Position numbers and translations under genes: made by a program. A DNA stretch of 33,361 bases from Nemertoderma westbladi. Its lineage: Eukaryota > Animalia > Xenacoelomorpha. Below, piece after piece: positions 1 to 8,791 of the stretch. How positions within the stretch are numbered: position 1 is the first letter of the stretch; the number at the start of each line of letters is the position of its first letter. Below the pieces are notes generated by a model, which searched no databases, was not told where the DNA came from, and saw nothing but the letters and a program-made list of their open reading frames with translations. The DNA lies in the NCBI GenBank assembly GCA_032718475.1, contig JAUCBJ010000273.1, positions 1 through 33,361 of the forward strand. The letters run 5' to 3'.

Positions 1-1949
1 AGCGGCGTCAAAGTGGTCGGTGCCTGCATTAGCAGGTGTGCCGGTGTCAAAGCGAACTGAGATTGTTTGTCATCGGGTACTAATACTATTGGTCTAGTAT
101 TTAGTATTGCCTCGATTTCAACAAACAATGTTGTCAGTTGGTCGTCTGTTAATATGTGGTTTACTGGAATGACCTTTGCCATGGCTGTCTTTATAGATCT
201 AATCAATCTCTCCCAGACTCCGCCTCTCCAAGGACTATCTGGAGGATTAAACTTCCAAACAATCTTGTGAGGTTGTAGTTCGTTCGATATTTGATCATGA
301 TCTAATTTCTTAAAGGCTCTAGCAATCTCATTCCGAGCACCAACAAAGTTTGTCCCTTGGTCTGAGTACAAGCATTTTACTAGTCCGCGTCTAGCGATAA
401 ATCGCCGCAGTGCTAGTATAAACGCGTTGGTGGAAAGATCCATCACACGTTCAATATGAACTGCCCTACTGGACATACATGTGAAAATCAGTCCCCAGCG
501 TTTTACTAGTATACGTCCACGTTTCGTATGTATGGGACCAAAGCAATCAATTCCAGTCTCTGTAAAAGGTGGTTTGAATGCTTGAAGTCGTGCTTGTGGT
601 AGTTCACTCATTTCTTGGGTACCTATTCTAGAATGTACCTTTTTACAAATAATACACGTACGCGTCACTGAACTTAACGCTTTACTGGGTCTAATTAATA
701 CAAATCTAGTACGTAAGTAGGAAAGACAGTGGTGTCTTCCAGCGTGTTTCAGATGTAAGTGTGCGTCCAGTATCATTGCACGTTGTAGTTCGTGGTGTTG
801 CGGTATTATTATTGGGTACCTAAAGTTTGTGTTAAAGTCAATGTTTTGAAGCCGAGATTTATGACAAATTAAGCCATTATAAATTATCGGACTCCAACTC
901 AGTATTGGTGACGACTTGATTGGTTGACCTTGATTTATGGATGTGAATTCGCGTGCGAAATATCGCAGTTGGTAATGGCGAATTAATTTAATCTCACACC
1001 TGTCAATCTCAGCCAATGTAAGTCGACGTGTAAAGTCACGTTTGCCTTTAACGTATTGTACAAAACGTACAATCCACGCTAGTTTTCGGCAAGCGTTCGA
1101 CCAAGAATCTGTTAAGTTTACAATACGGTCGACATGAGTATTTGTGACGTCATCAGGTAAGTCAATTGAGAATTTGGAAGGTTTTGAATTACTAGAAGGG
1201 CCCACGGGTCCGCCGGTAAGTATTCCCTTGTTGACTGTTGATCCATCCGGGTCTACAAGTAATTTGTCCTTCTTTGTCTTCTTACCTTGATTGTCGGTAC
1301 TTTGTAAGTCGATCGTTAATGGTGGTTTGAACTCTATGGGATCAGTGGGTTTCGGTAAACTTATTTTTCTGCCGACATTAATCCCAGGTCTCACCATAGG
1401 TTGCAAGTTCGGTATGTCTCTTGAGCGCAAAGTGACACCTGTATTTACATTAGCGTAGGTACTACCCACATCTGTAATACATGAGGTTTCACCGTGCTTA
1501 TGGTTGCTCAAGTGTGTCAAAATTGGTAGTTTGTCAATACAAGGCCGCTCCAATAGGGAAACTGCGGCTTTATTGTTAGTCAATACATTACTAGTGTCTA
1601 GTCGACTGTCTAGTAATGTGTCTGGCGATACGTCCGGTAACGTATCTAGTTGTTTGTCAATAGAAGGCCGCTCCAATAGAGAAACTGCGGCTTTACTGTT
1701 TGTCAGTATGTCACTAGTGTCTGGTAGAACATTTTGTGATATGTCTGGCAAAACGTCTGGTTGACCGTCTAGTAACGTGTCTGGTTGACCGTCTGGCGAT
1801 ATGTCTGGTGTAGAAAGGCTCGCAAGTCTTCCTCTCTTAACCTTTGAAGTTATATCTTTCCATTTCGCCTTCGGTTTTTTCTTGAGTTTTGCCGCCCCGT
1901 CGTCCTTTTCTTTGTCTTCCCCTTTTTTGGTTTCTTGATTTCGGCGTCC
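1..1949 (-). CDS. BEL pol C-terminal part: long low-complexity linker plus integrase (partial; -1 frame relative to main ORF)
   Basis: Not in the ORF track because it runs off the window. Manual translation is open from 1949 to 1 (about 650 codons): HLHLKHAG...CIIC zinc finger, TGIDCFGP (D), YSDQGTNF (D), GGVWERLI (E), LNTRPI, LTPAHLL. Confidence 0.92.
1525..1810 (-). repeat. In-frame duplications in the RNase H-integrase linker (123-bp and 24-bp periods)
   Basis: aaggccgctccaatag(g/a)gaaactgcggcttta at 1541 and 1664 (peptide KAAVSLLERP twice); gtctggttgaccgtct at 1755 and 1779 (DGQPD twice). Confidence 0.85.
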
Positions 1950-4900
1950 TTAGGAATGGTGTTGGACTTGTTGTCGTATAACGGAGGCCAATCTTGTGTC
2001 GATTTCTGCAAGAACTGGGGTCCGTGTTGCCAAAACTCTTTGTTCTCCGGTTTACAGAATTCCTCAGGCATCATTCCTCGCGACGCAATATCAGCTGGGT
2101 TTTGTGGTCCGGGACAATGTCGCCAATCCTCTTTTATTGAACGGTCTAGAATTTCCGCGCGACGGTTAGCTACGAATGTCTTGAATTCGAGTGTGTCGTT
2201 GTTTATGTAAAATAAAACCAACGTCGCGTCAGTCCAATAAAATATCTGTAAACTCGACTGTAGTTCTGTCTGTATGAGGTTCACGATGGTGGTTGACAGG
2301 GTTGCGGCTTGTAGCTCAGCTCGTGGTGTCGTCATATACTTAGTAGGCATGGTCTTAGCCTTAGAAGTAATGAGCGAAACATCGAACTCGTCTGATTCTA
2401 CTTGTCTGCGCAAGTACGCTGCCACACCAAAACCGTTGTCACTGGCGTCAGAAAAACAGTGTAGTTCCAAGTTGTCAGGAAATGTACTTTGTAATGGAAA
2501 GTAAACCCTGGGTATGAAATAATCCTCTAGCGAAGATAATTCCGCCTCCCAGGTCTTCCATAAGTCCACTTGGTCTGATGAGATCGGCTCGTCCCATGTT
2601 AGTCCATCCTTCCATATACTGCGCATATAAATGCGGGCTTGCAGTATCACTGGACTGATGAATCCTAACGGATCGAACAATCGGCTCAATTTTGACAAGC
2701 ATGATCTCTTTGTCAGTGTGTTCCCTTGACTGTCCAGTCTCACTTTCACTCGAAAGTTGTCTGTGTTTGGGTCCCAAAAGAGCCCCAACACCTTAGTCGT
2801 CGGTAGTGGTTCGAACTCTAGGTCTATGTCACCACCTCCACGCTCAGTCGTTCCGAACGAGTCTACTAATTCGGCACTGTTTGAGGCGAATTTGGTGAGG
2901 TTAAAACCTCCGCCCGCTAAGCAGTCCCGTAATTGATGTGCTACTGTTGTAGCACGTTCTACTGTGTCGCAACTCTGTAAACCGTCATCGACGTAAAAGT
3001 CACGTTCTACGATTTTAATTATCTCTGGGTCATATAGATGTTTCTGATCCCTAGCGGCCTGCTTTAGGGCGTACATCGTACAATTTGGGCTGTCTCTGGC
3101 ACCGAAAACGCGAACTTGCATTTGGTAAGTCGCCGGTGGTAGACTTAAATCTCCTTCCGGGTACCAGAGGAACCGCAAACTGTCTCTGTCTCGCTCTAAC
3201 GCTTTTACTTGGTGAAACATCGCTTCAACGTCGCAAGTAAAGGCTACTTGACGCTGACGGAAGCGCATAATCACCCCCATAAGATAATTATTCATGTTCG
3301 GTCCATCCATCAACTCACTATTGAGGGACATTCCCTCAAACAGAGCCGCACAGTCATTGACTACACGTACTTTGTCTGGTTTGTCGGGGTGTCTCACGTA
3401 GTGATGTGGCAAGTAGTACGTCTGGTCGGTCACTCGCTCCGGGTTAGTCATTCGGATAGCGTATCCCTTTGTCAAATACGTTTCCATCTGAGTGTTGTAC
3501 TGCAGATGGGCCTTCTCGTCCTTTAATAGACGTTGCCGTATTGAGTGTAGACGTCTTAAAGCCAGTGGATAGTTGTTTATAAGTTTAGGACTTTGGCTAC
3601 GCCATAACATCCCTACCTCATAATGTCCGTCTTTCGTCTGGTGGATAGTATCTTCCATGATCTTCAGAGATTGTTTCTCCTGTTCCGACATACAAGGTTC
3701 GTAGCTACCAGGTTCAGCTGTATCTTGTTCTAACCACCTGATAGTCTTCTTCGTTAATTCTTTGTCCAAGGCGGCTTGTTCCAACTGATGATTTTTCAAC
3801 GCGTCATCATCGATATCGACGGGCACTGTTGAGGTTATTGGGGTAGGTAGACTCGCAAGCCTATCATCTGTCGTCGATGGAATCTCTAGCTGACTCGTCT
3901 TCTCCCCAAGTTCTAAACTCACCTGGTGGGTTAGCTGCTCCTTGTGACTTATCATACTAGTTACACGTCTGTCATGTTTTGTCGACTGTAGTGTAGTATG
4001 GTTCACGTCGTGTGAGAAGGAATGAACTGAATTTGTTGTTAATAAACTACATGTACTCTGTACATCGTCTTCCTCGTCACTTACGTCTAGTGTGCGCACA
4101 GGCGCTCGAGTATACCACCCTATCGGCGTTCTGCAGGCGTATGCGTTTCCCGCTACAACTGCCGATGGTCTGGTTTCCCACACCTGATGTAGGTTGAATT
4201 GGTCCGTCCCGATCAGCATTGCTACCGATCTATAATTGACAGGACATTCGGGTACACCAAGGTGTCTGAAATACTTACGGTCCTCTAGAGATTGTTCCGG
4301 CACTGGACCTAGTAGGTTACTAAAGTCCTTCGTAGCCGCGAAGGTTAAATCTTTAAAGGGCAACAAAGACCTCTCCCTCTCGCTGTGTTGCGATTTTGGA
4401 AGAAGAGAGTCTAAGTCCAACTTAACTCGTGTCACTGGTATTGCACGCTGTCCGTGCATACTACTTACTGTATAACTGACATGTTTACCTTGTCTGAGAT
4501 CCGTCACGACGTCAGCTATCTTTTCATCCACGTAACTGTGAGATGAGGCTGAATCTAGAATCGCATAGATCCTCTTACTCCCCTTTGTGCCAGTAACCTT
4601 AATCGGGATTACACTGAATCCCTTCAGTTGATCAGTGGTCAGGAGCGCGATCGACGGTTGTTCGTCTCCATTGGAATATTCGTCGTCGTCTTCTGATTCT
4701 TCGTCCGACGATCCGGACTGTTCTGAGAAGCAATCCTCAATATGGGTCACGAAGGTTGGAGTCGTCTTCGATTCTCGTTTTCGGTAGGCCGCATCACATC
4801 TCGCTGCCGCTTCCGGATGTTCCCTGGCGAAGCGTTTTGTCGGCGTGTGGCTGTCTGTGTGGAGCAGACCGTCGTGGTTGCGTCCACAGGATGGACAAGT

Positions 4901-7900
4901 GTCGGTATTTGGGCAATCTTTACGGACGTGTCCGTGTCGTGTACACCGCCAACAAGAGTCCAGTGGCCGTATTTGCAGCCGTCGTTCTTCCGAGTTCAAC
5001 TCGCGAAATTGTCGACAACCTCGTAACTTGTGACCGATATACCGCTTACCTAGATGCTCGCAGTATTGGCAGCCGTTGAAGTCGGTGCTGAGTTGCTGTC
5101 TCGTCTGTTTTGTCCCAATGGGCGCAGATACCCTACCTCCGTCCGAGAATTGTCGTAATTCCGTCGGTGTGGTGTAAGTGGCCGTCTTAGTGGATGTTGT
5201 CTGGGGTTTTTGTCGGTTGGAGGATGGCAATGTGATCCCTTCTGCCACGATGTGCTGGTCGGTGTAGTTAGATCGAGTTTCTACTACCGCCTCCCTGGAT
5301 ATTAAAAGGTACACATCTTCTAATTTTAGGAATCCTCCTCGCTCCTCTCGCTGGTATTCGACCTTTCTCCACTCCCGACGAAGTCGATGGTGGAGTCGTC
5401 CTATGATCTTTAATAGGACTGTAGGGGTATTCCCGTAATCAAGTTGTCCAATTGATCTTAAGGTAGTGATAGCGTTCTTGATCTCGTCAGCTAGTTTTAG
5501 TAAGTCGACGGGTTTAGTGATAGCCCCTCCCTTACAGAGTTCCTCTATTACTGACCTGGCCATGCTCACTGTACCTCCGTATATCGAAGTTAAACGATCG
5601 TACGCTAGTTCGAAAGCGTCCGGTACACCGACGAAAGTCTCCGCCAAACGTTTAGGTTCTCCTGACAACGTTTGAAGCAGGTAATTGAACTTCTCCCGTG
5701 ATGTAAAGGCGCACACGGCGATCTGGGATTCGATATAGTCTACGAAGGTATGCCAGTGTTTTGAGCTACCGGAGAACTTCGGTGGTTGTTGTACCGGCAA
5801 TCCCTGTCTGGCTGCGAATTTCGCTATCTCCTCGGCAACGTTCAGAGTTTCGCGTCCTTGGTTGGTAATCTGGTTGATATCCCTTCTTGGCGCTTTTCCC
5901 TGATACGATGTGGGGTTTGAAGGTACCGGTCTTTGTGGTTCCTTCGGGTGTCTATTGTGTTCGAATTCGGAATTTCTCGAACTGTCGGTGTAACCTTCCT
6001 CCAGACGTTCCTCGATCTGAGCCAACTTGTTGACAACTGGTCGCAGGATGTCGGCGAACTGTTGTGTACTAATTGCGTCCGTTGGTTGTAACGCCTTCTG
6101 TGTTGGTGTATTCTGTGGAGGATTGTCTGCAAAAGAGTTGTCTGAACGCTCGCGTTTGTATTCATTGGCCGCCCCTGTTCTAAATACCTCGCGTTTCGGG
6201 TAATCCGATTCGCTCGAAGTACTACTATCATCTGGATATGGTGGTCGACGTGTTCGCGTTCGTTGCGTCGTACGAATTCTCACGTTACGTTTCGGAACAT
6301 CGTCCACTGATCTCCGTTGTTCGGTAGGCTCACAAGTCTTCCTCGAAGTCGTAGATTGCGATGTAAATTGGTTGAATGGTCGTGTCTCCACTGTTCTCCG
6401 TTGTTCGGTAGGCTCACAAGTCTTCCTCGAAGTCGTAGATTGCGATGTAAATTGGTTGAACGGTCGCGTCTCTGTTCTCCGTTGTTCGGTAGGCTCACAA
6501 GTCTTCCTCGAAGTCGTAGATTGCGATGTAAATTGGTTGAACTTTCGCGTATCCACTAGTCTCCGTTGTTCGGTAGGCTCACAAGTCTTCCTCGAAGTCG
6601 TAGATTGCGATGCAAACTGGTTGATCGGTCGCGTATCCACTAGTCTCCGTTGTTCGGTAGGCTCACAAGTCTTCCTCGAAGTCGTAGATTGCGATGCAAA
6701 CTGAACCGGTGGTCGGACGACAGCGTTTGAATCAAAAGGCCTTGTAGGCCGAAATGTCATTGGGTATTCGTAGTACGTAACGGGTTTAGGTGTCAAAGGT
6801 GGACTCACCTGTTTTGTCGTCAGTAGTGCAGGTCCGACTAATAAACTACTACGATCTGTAATCGGTGGGTTACTTACCTTGACTTTCGGAATAGGCGACG
6901 ACGTTGCTCTTGGCGGTGTAAACTTGTCCGGAATAACAAACCTGTGTTCCGTCACACCATGGATAGGAGAGATATCGATGCTACCAGCAATCGAAACAGG
7001 TTCCTTAGTCGTAACCGGTGCAAACATATGAGTTACCTGTGGGAATCGTTGACACAAGTCCTTTACTAATTGTCGTTCCCGTCCGGGTGCTCCCACACTT
7101 CCTTCCTTCTTCCGTTCCTGAATTTGGCGATGTCTTACCTCTATCTGGTCCAAATCATGTCCGTCTCGAGATCTCATTGATCGATCGCGGGCTAGAAGAT
7201 CCAGATTTTCCTTGGTTTCGGCTAATTCTCTCGCCCTTTTCTCAAGTTCGAAACGAAGTTTAACTTCCTTTTCTCGTTGTTCCGTTTGTTGTTGTTGCGC
7301 CTCGAACTCTGCTTGTCGTATCGCTTGTTGGGCTTTTATTTGCCGTGTCTTCATCTCGACTCTGGCTTCCGAAACTAATCTTTTTCTTTCTAACTCTGCC
7401 GCTGCCGTTTGTCGCTCTAACTCGGCTGCCGCCGTTTGTCGCTCTAACTCGGCTGCTGCCGTTTGTCGCTCTAACTCGGCTGCCGCCGTTTGTCGCTCTA
7501 ACTCGGCCGCTGCCGCTGCCGTTTGTCGCTCTAACTCGGCTGTTGCCGTTCGTTGCGCTAACTCGGCCGCTGCCGCTTGTTGGGCAATGTCCAACTCTAA
7601 CTTTTCCATTTCGGCCGCTTCGAGTTCGGCTTGTTCCTGCAGATGAGAGATTCTCGCTACATTCGCAACACGTATTTTCTCTTCCTCTACCGCTGTTTGT
7701 ATCATTAGAAGTTGAGCTTGTTCTTCCATCTCGTGTTGCTGTCTGTAGAACTGTTGCTGTTGTCGAGCAACTTCTGACGTGACCATACTTCCCTCGCAGA
7801 TTTCGCTACGAATACTTACCAATGATTGATTCAATATTCCCGGTGCCGATTCAATTTGTGCGAATGAAGTTTCCCTCGTGTATTCCGGCACGGTTTCCAA

Positions 7901-7924
7901 ATCGCCGACGTCTTCGCCGCACAT
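1850..7924 (-). CDS. BEL gag-protease-RT-RNase H polyprotein (2024 aa)
   Basis: PPKFSG capsid-like region; knuckles CQYC..H..C, CWRCTRHGHVRKDC, CPSCGRNHDGLLH; protease AILDSASSHSY (4547-4555); RT YLPHH, DVEAMFHQ, YVDD (2984-2995); RNase H FSDAS, RAEL, WTD, NPAD. Confidence 0.96.
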   Translation of the reverse strand: MCGEDVGDLETVPEYTRETSFAQIESAPGILNQSLVSIRSEICEGSMVTSEVARQQQQFYRQQHEMEEQAQLLMIQTAVEEEKIRVANVARISHLQEQAELEAAEMEKLELDIAQQAAAAELAQRTATAELERQTAAAAAELERQTAAAELERQTAAAELERQTAAAELERQTAAAELERKRLVSEARVEMKTRQIKAQQAIRQAEFEAQQQQTEQREKEVKLRFELEKRARELAETKENLDLLARDRSMRSRDGHDLDQIEVRHRQIQERKKEGSVGAPGRERQLVKDLCQRFPQVTHMFAPVTTKEPVSIAGSIDISPIHGVTEHRFVIPDKFTPPRATSSPIPKVKVSNPPITDRSSLLVGPALLTTKQVSPPLTPKPVTYYEYPMTFRPTRPFDSNAVVRPPVQFASQSTTSRKTCEPTEQRRLVDTRPINQFASQSTTSRKTCEPTEQRRLVDTRKFNQFTSQSTTSRKTCEPTEQRRTETRPFNQFTSQSTTSRKTCEPTEQRRTVETRPFNQFTSQSTTSRKTCEPTEQRRSVDDVPKRNVRIRTTQRTRTRRPPYPDDSSTSSESDYPKREVFRTGAANEYKRERSDNSFADNPPQNTPTQKALQPTDAISTQQFADILRPVVNKLAQIEERLEEGYTDSSRNSEFEHNRHPKEPQRPVPSNPTSYQGKAPRRDINQITNQGRETLNVAEEIAKFAARQGLPVQQPPKFSGSSKHWHTFVDYIESQIAVCAFTSREKFNYLLQTLSGEPKRLAETFVGVPDAFELAYDRLTSIYGGTVSMARSVIEELCKGGAITKPVDLLKLADEIKNAITTLRSIGQLDYGNTPTVLLKIIGRLHHRLRREWRKVEYQREERGGFLKLEDVYLLISREAVVETRSNYTDQHIVAEGITLPSSNRQKPQTTSTKTATYTTPTELRQFSDGGRVSAPIGTKQTRQQLSTDFNGCQYCEHLGKRYIGHKLRGCRQFRELNSEERRLQIRPLDSCWRCTRHGHVRKDCPNTDTCPSCGRNHDGLLHTDSHTPTKRFAREHPEAAARCDAAYRKRESKTTPTFVTHIEDCFSEQSGSSDEESEDDDEYSNGDEQPSIALLTTDQLKGFSVIPIKVTGTKGSKRIYAILDSASSHSYVDEKIADVVTDLRQGKHVSYTVSSMHGQRAIPVTRVKLDLDSLLPKSQHSERERSLLPFKDLTFAATKDFSNLLGPVPEQSLEDRKYFRHLGVPECPVNYRSVAMLIGTDQFNLHQVWETRPSAVVAGNAYACRTPIGWYTRAPVRTLDVSDEEDDVQSTCSLLTTNSVHSFSHDVNHTTLQSTKHDRRVTSMISHKEQLTHQVSLELGEKTSQLEIPSTTDDRLASLPTPITSTVPVDIDDDALKNHQLEQAALDKELTKKTIRWLEQDTAEPGSYEPCMSEQEKQSLKIMEDTIHQTKDGHYEVGMLWRSQSPKLINNYPLALRRLHSIRQRLLKDEKAHLQYNTQMETYLTKGYAIRMTNPERVTDQTYYLPHHYVRHPDKPDKVRVVNDCAALFEGMSLNSELMDGPNMNNYLMGVIMRFRQRQVAFTCDVEAMFHQVKALERDRDSLRFLWYPEGDLSLPPATYQMQVRVFGARDSPNCTMYALKQAARDQKHLYDPEIIKIVERDFYVDDGLQSCDTVERATTVAHQLRDCLAGGGFNLTKFASNSAELVDSFGTTERGGGDIDLEFEPLPTTKVLGLFWDPNTDNFRVKVRLDSQGNTLTKRSCLSKLSRLFDPLGFISPVILQARIYMRSIWKDGLTWDEPISSDQVDLWKTWEAELSSLEDYFIPRVYFPLQSTFPDNLELHCFSDASDNGFGVAAYLRRQVESDEFDVSLITSKAKTMPTKYMTTPRAELQAATLSTTIVNLIQTELQSSLQIFYWTDATLVLFYINNDTLEFKTFVANRRAEILDRSIKEDWRHCPGPQNPADIASRGMMPEEFCKPENKEFWQHGPQFLQKSTQDWPPLYDNKSNTIPKDAEIKKPKKGKTKKRTTGRQNSRKNRRRNGKI
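6308..6702 (-). repeat. Coding tandem repeat, 84-bp (28-aa) unit, about 5 copies
   Basis: F(A/T)SQSTTSRKTCEPTEQRR occurs five times in gag; one unit is 81 bp. Confidence 0.97.
7385..7577 (-). repeat. Coding tandem repeat, 27-bp (9-aa AAAELERQT) unit, about 7 copies
   Basis: gccgtttgtcgctctaactcggc repeated; lies in a coiled-coil-like E/Q/A/R-rich gag region. Confidence 0.96.
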
Positions 7925-7963
7925 GCGTAAGTGGTCCGTCAGGTGTTTTAATTGTCCATCCAG

Positions 7964-8584
7964 TCAGTACAGTTCCTGTTCTTCCTCGGGCTGTAATAAT
8001 TCGTCCGAAACTGACTCACCTAACAACTGGTCCGCTTGTTCCTGTTGTATCTGTCTAATCGTCGACTTAAACTGAATCAGTTTCTCTCTAGCGATCATTA
8101 GTTTCTCGAGGATTCTAAGTTGAGTATCCATGTCCTGTCTCTGTCTAGCTAGATCTTGTAGACCAATTAGGTTATCTACGGACTTGTGTACTCTATTTTG
8201 TACTCTAACCTGGAGGGTGTAGAACTCGAATCGAGACATCGGAGCGGTCAACTCGTCTAATATGCGATGACCTTCTCCAATACTCCTGGTAATATGCGCC
8301 ATGTAACCTCCGACGCTTCTAACCACACTTTCTGTGCTTCCTGCTGAACTTACCAATTCCGTTTCCCTGTATCTAGGTTGCGGAACAGTTAGAAAGTCCT
8401 CGGTCCTGCCGTCGCCTCGTACTACGGCATCCGGTACTCCCGTTGGATGTACTGGTGACGCACACGGTGTAGGTTCGGTAGGCTCGCGAGTCTTCCCCTG
8501 TTGTTCTTCCGCTGCTGACTTATCCGCGTCACACGAGTCATAGTCGGTAGGTGTATTCTTCGTATAGTCTTGTTTGTCACTCAT
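7964..8584 (-). CDS. BEL gag N-terminal segment (206 aa), in frame with the main ORF across a single TGA
   Basis: 8584-7924=660, so same frame; junction reads TAC TGA CTG GAT GGA CAA TTA AAA CAC CTG ACG GAC CAC TTA CGC ATG with no other stop. Confidence 0.85.
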   Translation of the reverse strand: MSDKQDYTKNTPTDYDSCDADKSAAEEQQGKTREPTEPTPCASPVHPTGVPDAVVRGDGRTEDFLTVPQPRYRETELVSSAGSTESVVRSVGGYMAHITRSIGEGHRILDELTAPMSRFEFYTLQVRVQNRVHKSVDNLIGLQDLARQRQDMDTQLRILEKLMIAREKLIQFKSTIRQIQQEQADQLLGESVSDELLQPEEEQELY

Positions 8585-8666
8585 TTCGGTAGTTGTAAGT
8601 CAAGTGAAGTGAGTGTCAAAGTATCGAGTTTACCGTATTTGTATAAAACGGTACTAATTACAGTCA

Positions 8667-8791
8667 TATAAAATTAGCCTACCGGCCGATTTTATAGCAG
8701 ATGGATAAAATTAGCCTAGACGGCCAATTTTACAGCAAATAAATGTCACGGAATAAGTATATAATAAAATTAGCCTAGCGGCCAATTTTAT
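8667..8791 (-). repeat. Three related stem-loop motifs upstream of gag
   Basis: taaaattagccta...ggcc(a/g)atttta at 8667-8696, 8706-8732 and 8764-8791; each is an imperfect inverted repeat. Confidence 0.8.

Noticed and set aside
67-8543. Many short plus-strand and alternate-frame ORFs over the BEL element
   Set aside because: Antisense shadows of a long or repetitive coding frame with no recognisable motifs. The same applies to those over 19690-24634 and 29132-31405.
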